This document shows positions 1 to 15,615 of a stretch of DNA of 64,000 nucleotides, one piece after another. Numbering within the stretch: the first letter of the stretch is position 1; the number at the start of each line of letters is the position of its first letter. The notes beneath the pieces are model-generated. The model searched no databases and was not told where the DNA came from. It saw nothing but the letters and a program-made list of their open reading frames with translations. Origin of the DNA: the human T2T-CHM13v2.0 reference genome, Homo sapiens; the NCBI RefSeq assembly GCF_009914755.1, contig NC_060927.1. One strand, given 5' to 3'. A program made the position numbers and the translations under genes.

Positions 1-60
1 TTGTGCCTTATAAATGTATACAATTATTTATCAATTGAAAACAAATAAATAAAAAATTTT
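1..60 (+). mobile_element. 3' terminus of an L1MA-type LINE-1 (continues upstream of the window)
   Basis: ttgtgccttataaatgtatacaattatttatcaattgaaaacaaataaa resembles the L1MA 3' end (tgtaccccataaatatatacaattatt...tcaattaaaaa) running into an A-rich tail. Confidence 0.6.
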
Positions 61-260
61 TAAATAAAATTAAATAAAAATTTATTTTTTTAAATAAATT
101 TTTAAATAAAATTAAATAAAAAATTTATTTTTATTTTAAATAAAATTAATAAAAATTTATTTTTTATTTAATTTTAAATAAAATTAATAAAAATTTATTT
201 TTTATTTAATTTTAAATAAAAAAATTTAATTTAATAAATATTTAAAATAAAAATTTAAAA
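43..260. repeat. Pure A/T low-complexity tract with imperfect repeated units (ttttaaataaaattaataaaaatttattttt)
   Basis: No G or C between positions 43 and 260; the unit recurs several times. Confidence 0.9.
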
Positions 261-1721
261 GTACCATGCAAATACCAATTATAAGAAAGGTAGAGTGGCT
301 ATATTAATATATCATGGAATGAAGATTTCTGGGAAATGAGTATTATCAGAAATAAAGAGGAATATTTAATAATAATTTAAAAAATGGTTCATAAAGAAGT
401 CCTAACAATAATACATGCATATATACCTAATAGTATAGTTTCAAAATAATTGAAGCAAATATTGACAGACAGTAGAGAAACAGACAAATCTATAGTTACA
501 GTAGGAGATTCTAAAACTAATCTCTCGGTAAATGACAGACCAACCTGAGAGAAAATCAGTAAGGATATAAACAACTTGAAAACTGTATCAACCAACTTGG
601 TCGAATTGATATTTATGGAGCACTGCAGCTAACGGCCTGCAGAATTTGAATTCCTTTCAAATTCACACAAGACATTCTCTAGGACAGGACATATCCTGGG
701 TCATTTAAAAGGTTTGAATTCCAAAGGTTGATATTATACTGAGCATGTTCTCATATCACTGTAGAATTAAAGAATCGATAAAACAGAAAAATAGAAAAGC
801 CTCAAATATTTGAAAATTAAGTAACCCAGGTCTAAGCAATCTATGGGTTAAAGAAGAAATTACAAAGAAAACTACAAAATATTTTAATATGAAAGAAATG
901 ATGAAAAATTGTGATTTGTGAAATGCAGTTAAAATAGTGCTTCGCAGGGAGTTTATAGCTCTATGTGCTTATTTTAGAAAAGAAGCAGGGTTAAAATCGA
1001 TGATCTAACTTTCTAACCTAAAAAGTTGAAAAAAAAATCAGATTCAAGCCAAGGAAAGTAGAACAATGAAAAAAATAAAGATAGGAGCATAAATTAATGA
1101 AATAAATTTCAGAGAAAGAAACCCAATGTGGCTCTTTGAAAAGATTACATTAAAATTGATTAACTCTCTCAGTATATTGATTATCAATATCAGGAATGAA
1201 AGTGCGGATGCTAGTGTAGATCTTACAAGTATTATAATGATAAAAAGAAATATTAGAGATGATTTGAGCCAGTAAGTTCAACAATTTTGATGAACAAATT
1301 CCTTGGGAGAAAAATAAAAAACTGATTTTTCAAAATAGAAAATTTAAATTGCCAAATATCTACTAACGAAATATAACTAGTAATTAAAAACAGTACCTAA
1401 AATATAATTAAAGCAATGGAGTAAAATGGACGTTTCAGAAAAAAACTTAACGTTTTTCATGAAATAAGTTTCAACTAAGCCTCCAAATTGAAATGATGGG
1501 AAAAAGGAGCATCTTTCAACAAATGGTGGTGGGACAACTGGATAGCCACATGGGGGAGAAACCTTGCCTCATCTCTCTCCCCATATACATAATTTAACTT
1601 AAGATGGATCTCAGAACTAAAAATAAAAGCTAAAACTATATAGCTTCCAGAAGAAAAAAATTGAATATCTTCAATACCTTGAGATACACAAATATTTCTT
1701 AGGATATAAAAAGCAAAATCC

Positions 1722-2361
<640 letters not shown>

Positions 2362-3105
2362 TTACATGATCAAAATTAAATTTGTATGCTAATTAAAAGA
2401 CCCTGTTCCATAATTAGATAAGCCACAGATTGAAAGATAATATTGTAATGCATTGTAATGCATATATCTGACAAAGGACTTATATCCAAAATACAACAAA
2501 AACTTCTACAACTTAATAAACATAAAGACAACTAGTCATGTCAAAACATGAGCAACACATTTGTGGTTCCCTTCAGGAAAGGATAGTGAATTTATTGACT
2601 GGGAGAGGACAGCAGAATTTCTCTAGGGTATTAAAGTGTGCTGTATCTTGATCTAGGTGTAGACCACGGTGGGGTATGCTCTTGTCAGAACTTATCAAAT
2701 GGTGCACTTAAGATCCGGTGTCTCTCTTTTTGTGAATTGTATCTCAATGGAAAAAAATAAGTGTTACTTTAATTTTCAAATTTGCTACAATACCAATCCT
2801 GTAATAATTTCCTCATATCATGACAATTAATAATCACGAGTCAAATGATTTAATAAAAATGCCGCTCATTTAAAAACACTTGAATGTGACAATATGTCCT
2901 TAAATCTAGAAAGCTGATTTGCTATAGGATATGTGGGAAACAAATCTGTCCTCTGAGCTCACTTTATGGTAAATATCATTTTGCTGCTATTAATGGAAGT
3001 GTTTTTTTTTCATTTATAAAGCAAAAGAATATATACCCATTAATTTTTCACTTGCTAATGCAATAATAAAGCAGCATTTTAAGATGATGAAAAATGATTC
3101 TTCAG

Positions 3106-3310
3106 GCAGCATGATATAGCAAAAAGAACAATGGACTGAAGTCAGGAGGTCTGTTCTGTGTTCTTGGCATTGCCACTTCGTAACTGTGTATTGAACCCTG
3201 GAAAAGTCCCAGCATCTCTGGCCTTCCTCTCCCTCATCTGCAAAATGAAGTCATTGAACTGCATGACCTCTGAGACCCTTCCTGCCTCTAACTTTTTACA
3301 ATCTATGATC
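3106..3310 (+). mobile_element. MIR3-like SINE
   Basis: ggcagcatgatatagc...gtcaggag...ctcatctgcaaaatg...gacctctgagacccttcctgcctctaac...ctatga. Confidence 0.75.
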
Positions 3311-4129
3311 CATGCCTTGAACTATGACTGCAGGTGTCCTCTCTTTTGACATTTCAATATGCCGAGGCACTTACACTTATTTTCATTCATTCTATTACTA
3401 TGCAAAGATCCAATTCAGGAAGCTATTTTAAAAATATGGGAAAATTTAATTAATTTTAGTTGATATTTATGATTCTGTTAGCACATTATTTGTTATTAAG
3501 GTCACATAAAGAACTAATCATTTCTACTCTTATTCCAGAGGCATAGTGTGTATTACAATAACATAAATCATATTAATGTGAATGTGAGATTAATTTCAAA
3601 AAGAGACAAATTACATGCTTTGCTTAGTATTTACATATTGGATGTTATGAATTTATTCTTATTCATGGTAATAACATTAATTACAATAAATTTGTTTTAT
3701 ATTCATGTAAATGTCACACACTTCTGGAATTTGGCATCTATAATACATGAATAAATGGCCACTAGCTTTTTACTCTCGTATTTCAGATGTAGTTACTCAA
3801 ATGAATAGTCACAAAATTAACAAGCTATGAAACCAGAAAAAAAAAACCTGATAGTTGAATTTTATTGATTTTTGTCACAATATCAAAATATATAATTTCT
3901 TACCTCTGGCACTTATTTAGTAATTTTATGTAATGAATTATTTATTAACAGCCAGTGGCCTAACTGGGAATTACTTTGATCTAGGTTGAGCACTTGAGGA
4001 AGCTGGTTTATGAAGGCTGTGTACTCAGTGAAACCAACATTGCTACTGAAACATAGTCTGGCTCTGTGTTTATTTCCCTTCACCTCTACTAATCTTGATG
4101 AGAGATAATGTGATACAATACAAAGAATT

Positions 4130-4245
4130 AAAATCGAAGAGTCAAGACACCAGAAAACCTGGGTTCAGATTTCAGTTGTACCACTTAAAATAGGCGTATC
4201 TTAAGCAAGTTTCTCAGCTTATGTAGATCTGTAAAACAGAGAAAC
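4130..4245 (+). mobile_element. MIR fragment
   Basis: acctgggttcagatttcag...ccactt...cttaagcaagtt...atctgtaaaac core. Confidence 0.6.
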
Positions 4246-4796
4246 TATTTAAATGTAATTCAATTTATAAATATACCTGGAACCCTCTAGGCAATTAATA
4301 TTAATTGGATATGGATTTGCATCCTATGCCTTCCGTCTAACTCCTACTTTCCTTTTCTTAATCCTTTTAATTCACAATTGCTTTGTTAGATAAAAATCTC
4401 TTTCTCTGTTGTGTCCCTCCATGTTCTCATTAATTTCCTATCCAGACCGGCCATCTACATTTTTACTCTGTCAGCTAGGCTCCCAGCTCCTTAACAGTGG
4501 GGTCCAGTGACTCCCGCCACTCAGAGCAAACCAACCTATTTTTTCAGCCTCTTCCTGAAGCACTTTAGCTGCCTCACTTTGATGGAAACCTTGCTCTTCC
4601 TTAATCACACTGAAATCCTCAAAAACCTGCTGAAGAAAATTCTTTCTTCTCCAACCCTTATTACCACTTAATGAACCCCAGAACCAGCTTTCTCACTGGT
4701 GTCCTCTGTTCTCCCACAGCCCATCATTTGTACTACCACTTGGTCCAGCCTCCTGAGTCACTGCTGATATCATTTCCTGGTTTAAAAATCCTTGTT

Positions 4797-5612
<816 letters not shown>

Positions 5613-5757
5613 AGTAGTTTTGTATTATTTAAACAAAACTTTATTTCCATGAATCTTGCTGGAAGAGTATTTGCTGCAGAAAATAGAAATTTATTATTTC
5701 TAAAAAAGAACCCTAGTAGAACAAAATTTAGGTGAAAAAAGATTATTTTATTATAAA

Positions 5758-5835
5758 GAGGTTGTGGTGAGCCGAGATCACACCACTGCACTCCAGCCTG
5801 GCGACAGAACGAGACTCCATTTCAAAAAAAAAAAA
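5758..5835 (+). mobile_element. Alu 3'-end fragment (see finding: templated copy of the Alu at 6489)
   Basis: gaggttgtggtgagccgagatc...gcctggcgacagaacgagactcc plus A12. Confidence 0.9.
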
Positions 5836-6488
5836 TCTAGTTTTATACAGCTGCTATATTTATTATAAAGGTATAAGGACATCTCAAGAATGTAAGGTCT
5901 GGGAATTAGCAGGGTTTCACGGATGGAGTGTAATCAAAGGCTGGTACACTATGGGAAGACTGGGACATCATGTCTCTCCATCCCTCATTTGTGATTATTT
6001 CTGAGTGTCTGATGTTGTTTGATCTTTCTCTCTCTCTCCCTGTCTCTGAAAACTAAATTTTTCGCTTTTCAACCCATATTACAGATCTTGATTGCAACAA
6101 CTTTTGAATTTTCACTTTTTCTATTAAAGAATATCTAGACTGCAACTCAAATCTCTAAGTTACTATTCCACATTCTCAAACAAGGACCCTAATGTACCTG
6201 GCAGGAATCAACTGCCCATCTTTCAGCTTGCCACCCTTGAATAGAGAGCAAAATTATACTATCAGACATTTTTGGATACACTAGTGTTTCTTCAAAATGG
6301 ACATGACTATGGTATGCACCAAGGCTTCCTGTTGCACGCAGGGATGTCTATAATCACTGGCATCCTTTGGTAACAGTAGCTTCTCCAAAAAAGTGTGTGA
6401 GTGGCACAGGCTACCCAGTAGGTGCCCTTGCCAGTGGTTTGACTTCTGAAGTAATCTTCAGATTATAAAAAATTATTCTCTAGTTTTA

Positions 6489-6819
<331 letters not shown>

Positions 6820-7448
6820 TCAAAAATATTTTAAGTACTGTGTATTTGCATTTTGTTCCAAATAGGATTCAAGTCAGAGTTATAGTTTTTGATGAAAATT
6901 TATGAAATCATTTTGACTCCTTGAGGCTATTTATCTTTGAGATCAGCAAAAGAACACTTTTGAAACTGAACCAGTTTATGAAATAGTTCTTCATCTTAAG
7001 ATGAAGGTAGAGTCATCCAGTAAGTGTAAAGACACATTTTTCTTCCACAGGCTAGAGAGCAACTGATTCAACACAGCATTTCATGAGTGTGAAAAGAAAG
7101 ATGAATCATCCTACTTTAAATGCAACTTTTGGCCATTACATCTCAGTTGGTTTGACAACAAGCTTAGAAATCATTTTTTTTTCCCCTAAATCTGTTGGAT
7201 TCCCTTCTTTGACCAGAAGACAATCAAGTGAGGTGATCAAAGGGGTCATGTGTCAGAGGAAGGGGCAGCTTCTTCCTACATAAGGTAGAAGTATGAGGGA
7301 AGAGACTGATAGCACACCCAGGAAGTTCTTTTCCGGAACTGAATGAAATCAAAGGAAGGAAAGCAAGACTCAACTGGTATTAGGTAAAGGACTAGAACCT
7401 AGACAGGATCCAGCATTGACAGCTGAGTGGACTGGGAGGGAAGGGGAG

Positions 7449-7867
7449 TGATATGTTTCTATCTGTGTCCCTACCCAAATCTCATGTTCAATTGTAATCC
7501 CCAGTGTTGGAGGTGTGGCCTGGTGGGAGGTGACTGAATCATGAGGGTGGTTTCTCATGGTTTAATACCCTCCCCGCCTTGGTGCTGTCATCATGATAGT
7601 GAGTTTTTGTGAGATCTGTTTATATAAAAGTGTATAGCACCTCTCCCCTCTCTATATTGCTCCTGCTCCAACCATGTGAACTGTCTGCTTTCACTTTGCC
7701 TTCCACCATGATTGTAAGTTTCCTGAGGCTTCCCCAGAAGCAAAGCAGATGCCAGCATCATGCTTCCTGTATAGCCTGTGGAACCGTGAGCCAATTAAAC
7801 TTCTTTTCTTTATAAATTACCCAGTCTCAGGTATTTCTCTGTAGCAATTCAAGAACTGCCTAACACA
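7449..7867 (+). mobile_element. MSTA-like MaLR solo LTR
   Basis: tgatatgtttctatctgtgtccctacccaaatctcatg...ataaattacccagtctcaggtatttct...ctaacaca; TG..CA ends; TSD gggag/gggcg. Confidence 0.88.
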
Positions 7868-8029
7868 GGGCGTTAGGTAAGAAGGAGACTAGAGGATGAG
7901 AGGCAGCGTAACAGATAAGTGGGTGGTTGTCTGTAGACAAACCAAGATTGCTTATATTGTTTATTTACTCAGCTAGAACAGTCTTGCTTTGGTTAGTCAG
8001 CATATTTTTTAAAAGGTCTGGAACAGTAT

Positions 8030-8567
8030 TGTGTTAGTCAGAGTTCTCTAAAGGTACAGAATAGGAAAGATGAATATACAAAGGGCAGTTTATTAAGGAG
8101 TATTGACTCACATGATCACAAAGTGAAGTCCCACACTAGGCCATCTGCAAGCTGAGGAGCAAGGAAGCCAGTCGGAGTCCCAAAACCTCAAAAGTACGGA
8201 AGCCAACAGTGCAGCCTTCAGTATTTGGACCCGAGAGCCTGTGGCAAATCACTGGTGTAAGTCCAAGAGTCCGAAAGCTGAAGAACTTGGAGTCTGATGT
8301 TCGAGGGCAGGAAGCACCCAGTATGGAAAGAAAGATGAAGCCAAAAGACTCAGGGAGTCTGCTCATTCCACGTTCTCTGCCTGCTTTATCCTAGCCATGC
8401 TTGCAGCTGATTAGATGGTGCCCACCCAGATTGAGGGTGGGTCTGCCTCTCCCAGTCCACTGACTCAGATGTTAATCTTTTTAGGCAACACCCTCACAAA
8501 CCCACCCAGGAACAATACTTTGCATCCTTCAATCCAATCAAGTCGACACTCAATATTAACCATCACA
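8030..8567 (-). mobile_element. MLT2A-family (HERV-L) solo LTR
   Basis: tgtgttagtcagagttctct...gcaagctgaggagcaaggaagccagtc...aatccaatcaagtcgacactcaatattaaccatcaca; perfect 5-bp TSD agtat at 8025-8029 and 8568-8572. Confidence 0.9.
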
Positions 8568-8844
8568 AGTATATACAAAAGCTTACCTTCACATGGGTCT
8601 TCTGACATTGTTTGCTAGTGTTTGAGAGGTGGAGAGACATAACGAGTAGCAGAAGAGTGAAACCAGAATGGAAACAATTGGGACGTAGGCTGCTGGCTTT
8701 CCCCTCTGCCCCGTTACTAATGAGGGTAGACATTGAGAAACCCCATTTTTGTCCTTTCTGCACAGATTATAACTATCAATTAATGTATCAGGTGGGAAAG
8801 TCATTGACAGTTTCATAAAATTATAATATGCAAATTCCTTGTCA

Positions 8845-9110
8845 GTCCTTTATATCAGTTAGCAATGTATTCAGCGGCACAATTGAAACTCTCAAACAAT
8901 ATTTCATTTATCTCTATAAACAAAAATTCCAGTGTGGACAATCCAGGGTTAATGACAGTTTAGTGATGACATCTGGGATCCAAGCTCTTCCTGTCTTTCC
9001 TCTGTCATCCTCACAGTGTAGACCTTTGCCTCATGCTGGTCAACTCATGGTGGCAAAATGGCTGCTGTACCACCAGGCTCATGTCTGCATTCCGAGAAGA
9101 AAAAATGAGA
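8845..9110 (-). mobile_element. Old MLT1 (J/K-like) LTR fragment
   Basis: atcagttagcaatgtattcagc...tccaagctcttcctgtctttcctctgtcatcctc...aaaatggctgctgtaccaccagg. Confidence 0.55.
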
Positions 9111-11108
9111 AAGACCTACAGGTTGAATCTGTGACTATCCTAAATAAAATTGAAACACTGTTAATTAGCAAGAAGAGAATAAAATTTGATGGGGCAACTA
9201 GTTGTATTTGCCTTACCCTTCCCTTGATCAATTAAACCCATATATTTTTTAAAATCAAAAAGTCAAGGTAAACTGTGAAAGAGTGTATTGCTTATAACTA
9301 GTCCTGGACAATAGGGATTGACATTGCCTGGTTGAACAGATCTGGTTTCTCCAAAATATTTCAAAGCTAAGTAAGGTATCCTACCTTATTGATGGTTCAC
9401 ACAATGCCTGTAAGCCCCTGTAACTTGGCCCTCTGCACATCAGTTATGAAGATGGAAGAGGACAGAAGATAGACAGAAGCAGCACAGGTATTCTGGAAAC
9501 AAACAATTTGCTGTACTGTGTGAAGAAGTGATGGAACAGAAAGCTGTGTTGGTGGGAAAAGCTGAATTATGAAGGACTCCATGTGTGGTACTACGCAGTT
9601 TGGATTTTTTCATATAGCAATAGAGAACTTGTGAAGGGTTTTAAACAGTAGATCACATGAAGAGCCAGAGACATCCTAATAGGCAAAATGGTGACAAAGA
9701 ACATCCATTTTTATTTATTTATTTTGCATCAATGTACTAGTTCTGAACATTTGATCCGAGTTTCTAAGTGAAAACCTAAAAGCTCGTTATTCTTAAAGTT
9801 ATCACATTAGACTCCTTTGAAACTCACAATTTATAAATGAGACATTCTTGTATCATATCAAAGTAGTTGTTCTTTATATCCTTACCTAAATATAAAGTAT
9901 CATTTTCCTTCTATGCTTAAATAATGAATCACAGGTAGACACTCATTAATATCCAACATAAAGTACTTGAGTTAGGTTCTAAATTAAAGGACAAATTTGG
10001 GAGAAAAATCATGTATCAGAAACATCTTTGCTCCACCAGCAGCTTGAATTTATACAAACACTAGAACTGAGTGGAATCTGGGGCCCACTTTTTATATTAA
10101 GGAATTTGTTACTTTCTGTTCCAGACAACCAGGACAAACTACAAACTCTACTAGCAACAAAATTACCTCCTATGTTTGAAATAGTGCAAACAGCAGGTGT
10201 TGACAAGACAAAGACATATTGCTTTTTCCCCAAAGGAAGCAAAGGCCCAGATCTTTCACCAAGCCAACATCCATAAAAAGGATCAAATGAGGGCTTTAAC
10301 CAGCTAAGAATCTCAATTTAGGTTTCTTCTCCAAAGAGAGAAGCTGAACACATTGCTGTCACCTGAATTTTAACTTAAGAAAAGAGTACACAAAACTTTA
10401 TTTCATTTATTCTGTTTAACTCTGGTACTCAAGAAGATGTATAATTGTCTCAGAGTCTGTGACAGTTACCTGGAAAATACTATGCTGAAAATAAAAAATC
10501 AGTTCAATTCAAGAGATCTAGATTTTCAATCTGCTATTTTACATTACAAGCAATGTTAATGAAGGAACTTACAAATCCTCTGGGACTCTGGGTTTTATCT
10601 GTAAAAAAATGGAGTCAATTATTTTTGTCTTCTTTCAAGAATGTATTCATTTCTTTCAAGCAAGAATCAACTTAATTCTTAAAGCTGTTCAGCCAAAATG
10701 CAAGCAGAAAAAAGCAATTTTTAACAGAATTGATTTAAAAATTAGTATATATTCCCCTGGATTTCTGAGTTATCTGGTCAACTGAAATATACAACTTAAC
10801 ACTGTTATAAACTCATTCATATCCCAAGCAACATGACATGCTTCATGAGAGCTAGAGGATGGTGCTGAGGAGCAAAGAGGCCTCATGTTCAAAAATAGCT
10901 TTCATTACTTTTGCTATAATTTTTCTATTTTGGAATCAATTAATTGCCAATTAATTATTGATCTAGATTTACTGATAACCAGATGAAGGGAATAAACATA
11001 TCTTGGAAAGGTGAGATACCAGATAACAGAAAGATATTAATGAGGTTGGTGGGTGACTAGGAAGTGGACCTCCGATTCTCCCCTTTATACTATAAGACTT
11101 GTGTGTTT

Positions 11109-11552
<444 letters not shown>

Positions 11553-12309
11553 TTATCTAAACTATAGGAAACCAATAGCAAGAAAGGATTTTACCAGAAT
11601 TGGTAAATGCATTAATGTTTGTTTGCTCTAGCAATATTTCTCCTAAAAGAGGGCTAGAAAGCACAATGATGGGTCCTTGAGGCTCTCATGGGGAAAGAGA
11701 AGAAAAGACATTTGGAATTGCATTTTTAAGTGTAGTAACTTTGCAATAAAGCAAGACAGCTCATTTTTTTGCTGATGCCTTTAAAACCCTGGAGAGTTGT
11801 TTTGAAAGCAATATGACAATATAAGCAGATTCCCAAAGTGTACCTTACCTTTCACTCTATTGAGACCTTGTAAAGAAAATCATTCAAAGAAGATCACAAT
11901 TAGGCTTGAAGATATTTACTACAGGATTAACAGGAATGGTGACTGACAAAAATAAACTTTGGAAATAACCTAAATTTCAAAATATTTGAGAATGCTTAGT
12001 TCTTATTTATGGAATAGAGGTATAGTAATTCTCAATCTTATATTTTATTTTATTATCTTTTATTTAAAAATATAATATTATTTAAATGGGCTTCCAAATC
12101 AACAATAAAACATGCTAACCATTTTCCTACTGTGCAGGTGCTGCTTTTTGGCTATCATAATGCTAAGAAAATATGACCAGGAGAGAGAGAGAGAGCAAGA
12201 GAGAATTGATGATGGGATGCTTCATCTTATCAAAAGCCAGCAAAATGTTGTATATGGGTGGTAAAGGCTAAACGATGAGATATGCACAAAGATTCCAGTC
12301 TTTAGTTTA

Positions 12310-12361
12310 ATATACATATATATATATACATATATATACATATATATATGTATATATATAT
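12310..12361. repeat. (TA)n microsatellite with CA/TG interruptions
   Basis: tatacatatatatatatacatatatatacatatatatatgtatatatata. Confidence 0.9.
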
Positions 12362-12589
12362 CTCTTTTCTAATTTTAGAGCACCTAGGAAGGGAGGAATA
12401 GAGTTGGGAATGACCAGATGAGTGAGATGAGTGTAGGGCAGACACCATGTATTTGTCTGGGTTTAACCATCTGCCTGTCACAGTTCCTGTGGTCTGCTTC
12501 CAAGTAGAGACTTTGTAAGTAAAGTGGTCCTTACTGAGGGGAGCCCATGAAAATCCCCACCACCAGTCCATTGGCAAAATTCATGTTTC

Positions 12590-14140
12590 AATGAACTTTT
12601 TCCTTTTTAAAGATGAGTGAAATGATAAAAATAAGATTTGTTAGAAAATAATACAAATGGAATGAGAAGAAAAATTATTCTGAAGAATTAGAAAAACAGT
12701 TACTTAAAGCTGGTCAACAAAAAAACAGGAAGAAAAACCTGGGTGTCCGCAATAGGATAAGTAAAGACATGGTAAATAGAATGGGGTGATGCAGTTATAA
12801 AAAGAGATCAGGTTAAGAAAAAGTCAGTACGAAGAGGTGCAAAGCAAATAAACTGAGATTTAAATTAACAAAAAGAAGGGGAAAAGGCTAAACTAAGAAA
12901 GATCAGCTCCAAAATTTCAGCAGGGGAATCACATTCTGCATAAAAAAATCAATAATGTCAAACTCTAACTTGCACGTTCTCTTAAAATAATAAAGAAAAA
13001 GTGGATAAAATTATAACAGAGAAAATTAAAGGAATAAAAAGATTTGGAGTTTAAACATTGTAGGTGTTCCTAAGCCACAGATGAAATAATGCAAAAGCCA
13101 ATAACGACAAAAGTAAGTTAAAAAAACTTTCTGCAACTGAAATGAATAATTATTAGAAATATAAAGGAAGGAAGAAAGAAAGAAGGAAAGAAAGGAAAGA
13201 GGGAAAAAAGGGAGGGAAGGAAGGAGGAAGGGAGGGAGGTAAGGGAGGAGTGGAGAAGGAGAGGTAGGGAAAGAGAGAGTGAGGGAGGAAGGAAGAGAGC
13301 AAGCAATTTTTATGACAAGAGTACCACATCTAGACATTTCCTGTCAAATTTTTGCATAATACAATTGAAGATAAAATTCTACAATATTTAGAACAAACAG
13401 AAAAAGTTACTACCAACAGCAATAAAAAAATGCTTACCTACAGTAGATGATTTTCTTTATATGTCTAACTACTATTGTTGAGAGAATGTCCTGTAAAATC
13501 AGAATTTGATTGACAAAGGTTGCAAGTCAAGTATTTTACTTTAAGCATATATGATTTTTGCGGTCAAGGCAACAGAAAAAATCAGCGCAACCTACATGAC
13601 TTTATTGAAAAACTTAGAGGAGATTAATAAATATATTTTAAATTGCTTATCTGCACTGAAGCCAAAGAATAATTTTATTCTGAAGTCTAAAAATAAGTAA
13701 CGTTTAAATATTTATTTTGTAAAACAGAGGTAACCACAAATTTTTAATAATAGAATATTACATAATTTAAACATTCTTTTACTGGCAATTTTGATGACAC
13801 TGCTTTTCTAGAATAACTAATGCTAGAATAACCCTATTTCAGAGAAGTTTTATAACAATAACTTTCTTATAATTAACTTTTAAAATTGAATATAAATTTA
13901 AAGTTGTTTTGTGGAATATTTAATAATATAAAAAAGTTTATGATATGATATTAGGGACAAAACCAGAAAACAAGAGATCATATATAGTAAGAAGTATAGT
14001 TACAAACACACTACACATACACACACTGTCACACAAACACACAAGTGTCCATTTGCTGATTATGAAATTGGGGATTATTTTCTTGTTTTTTCTTTTTAAT
14101 AATTTTAAATTTTCTTCAATGGCAATGCATTTCTATTATA
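12590..14140 (+). mobile_element. Highly decayed HAL1 or old L1 ORF1-like segment containing a GA-rich tract at 13165-13300
   Basis: A-rich text with gacaaaggttgcaagtcaagtattttac...aaggcaacagaaaa resembling the HAL1/L1 ORF1 C-terminal region. Confidence 0.45.
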
Positions 14141-14152
14141 ATCAGAAAAGTT

Positions 14153-14247
14153 AATTATCAAATTGATAAAGCATTTGAATTATCAAATTGATAAAGCATT
14201 TGAATTATCAAATTGATAAAGCATTTGAATTATCAAATTGATAAAGC
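14153..14247. repeat. Perfect 25-bp tandem repeat, 3.8 copies (aattatcaaattgataaagcatttg)
   Basis: Identical units at 14153, 14178, 14203 and a partial unit at 14228. Confidence 0.95.
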
Positions 14248-14581
14248 TGTCACACTGGCCCTCTACTGGGCTGTAAACACTGAAGCAGTCTGCGGATGGC
14301 AAAGCTAAAAGGGCACCACTGTAACACTCCTTCTGGGGCTTCAGAGGTCACGAGCCCTCTAATTCTCCAGACGCTACTGCGGGGCCTGCACAGTTTTGCT
14401 CCTGCCAGTACCCAAAAGCGCTCACCTTGGCTCCTGCACCCGCTTACCTGCGCTGCCCTTCCCGTGAGGAGTGGAACACAGCAAGTTCCAGTGAGTGGAA
14501 TTCGCCGAAGTGGCCAGCTAGGTCGAGCCCCTGTGACTCCAGTTTCCACCCGTGAAGGGGTCAGGGAAATATTCTGCTTCA
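14248..14581 (+). mobile_element. 3' part of an ERVL-type LTR (LTR18/LTR32-like), 5'-truncated
   Basis: GC/CpG-richer island: tgtcacactggccctctactg...ggcaaagctaaaag...ggctcctgcacccgcttacctg...gaaggggtcagggaaatattctgcttca ending in CA. Confidence 0.7.
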
Positions 14582-15164
14582 ATATTATATTGTGAATATT
14601 ACTTCTTGTAATTGATGAATGTTGTAATAAGACCACTTTTGGAACAATAATAATCCTATGCCACATTTTTAAAATAAATGCAGACATTAAAAACCGTTGT
14701 CCAAGTAAATAAGTAGATAAGTAAGTAGATGGGATGGGAAAGAGTTTTATTATTCAGTGTTATTTAAGTATTTAAACTTATTCAGAATGATATGACAAAA
14801 AATACAAAGCGATCTATCATCAAAATTATACTTAATAATCTATAAGTTGATAAATTATGTTCTCCTTCAAGTTTGTTGAAGTAAAATATAGAAACTACCT
14901 GACTTGTAAAGACATTGGTTACCCAATCAGTAGTTATTAACTTTCTTAGTATCTGGGAAGTACACCAAATACATTTTATAAAAACTTATCAATTTATTAT
15001 TAATTATAGTGGCACCCTTTCACTTAGAGTCACCTTATGAAGCCTAACATTTAAAAAAATGGTTAGAGAAAATTAAATTTTGGTAATCTTAATGCCTTGC
15101 TGACTTTTAAAAATGAAATGGCTATTTAAACACATGCACGACATATTTTCATAAAAACTCTGGA

Positions 15165-15615
15165 GCTCCATCAACTACTGATAAATGGATCAACAAATGT
15201 GGTATTATAATAATACCATACAATGGTAAAAGTAAAATAAATATGCACTCATTGAAATATTATCCAACAATAAAAAAGAATAAAGTACTAATACATGCTA
15301 CACATGGATGAACCTAAAAATACATTATATGAAAGAATTCAGCTCCAAAAGAAAAATTGCACATGGCATGATTCCATTTATATGAAATGTCCAGAAGTGA
15401 CAAATCCATAGAAACAGAAAGTAAGAGGAGCAGGAATGGGAAATGACTGCTAACAGGTACAGGGTTGGTTTTGGGGTGATTAAAAAATATTCTAAAATTA
15501 GATTGTATTGGTGGCTACACAACTCTGAATATACTAAAAACCACTGGACTAAGCACATTGAATGGGTAAATTTTATGGTTTGTGAATTATCTCTCAATCA
15601 AACTGTTAAAAAAAA
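15165..15615 (+). mobile_element. L1MB-type 3' end
   Basis: atgattccatttatatgaaatgtccagaa...caaatccatagaaacagaaagta...ctgaatatactaaaaaccact...tgtgaattatctctcaat. Confidence 0.85.

Noticed and set aside
9378-9480. Possible 48-nt minus-strand exon (tgcag|aggg...aag|gtagga)
   Set aside because: The pyrimidine tract is displaced from the AG and the peptide is unrecognisable; chance-level motif.
14153-14247. Palindromic direct repeats resembling a CRISPR array
   Set aside because: Units are head-to-tail with no unique spacers, there are no cas genes, and the DNA is primate.
14250-14687. 145-aa and 99-aa ORFs in a GC-richer island
   Set aside because: They coincide with an LTR fragment whose higher GC content lowers stop frequency; too short for a CpG-island promoter.
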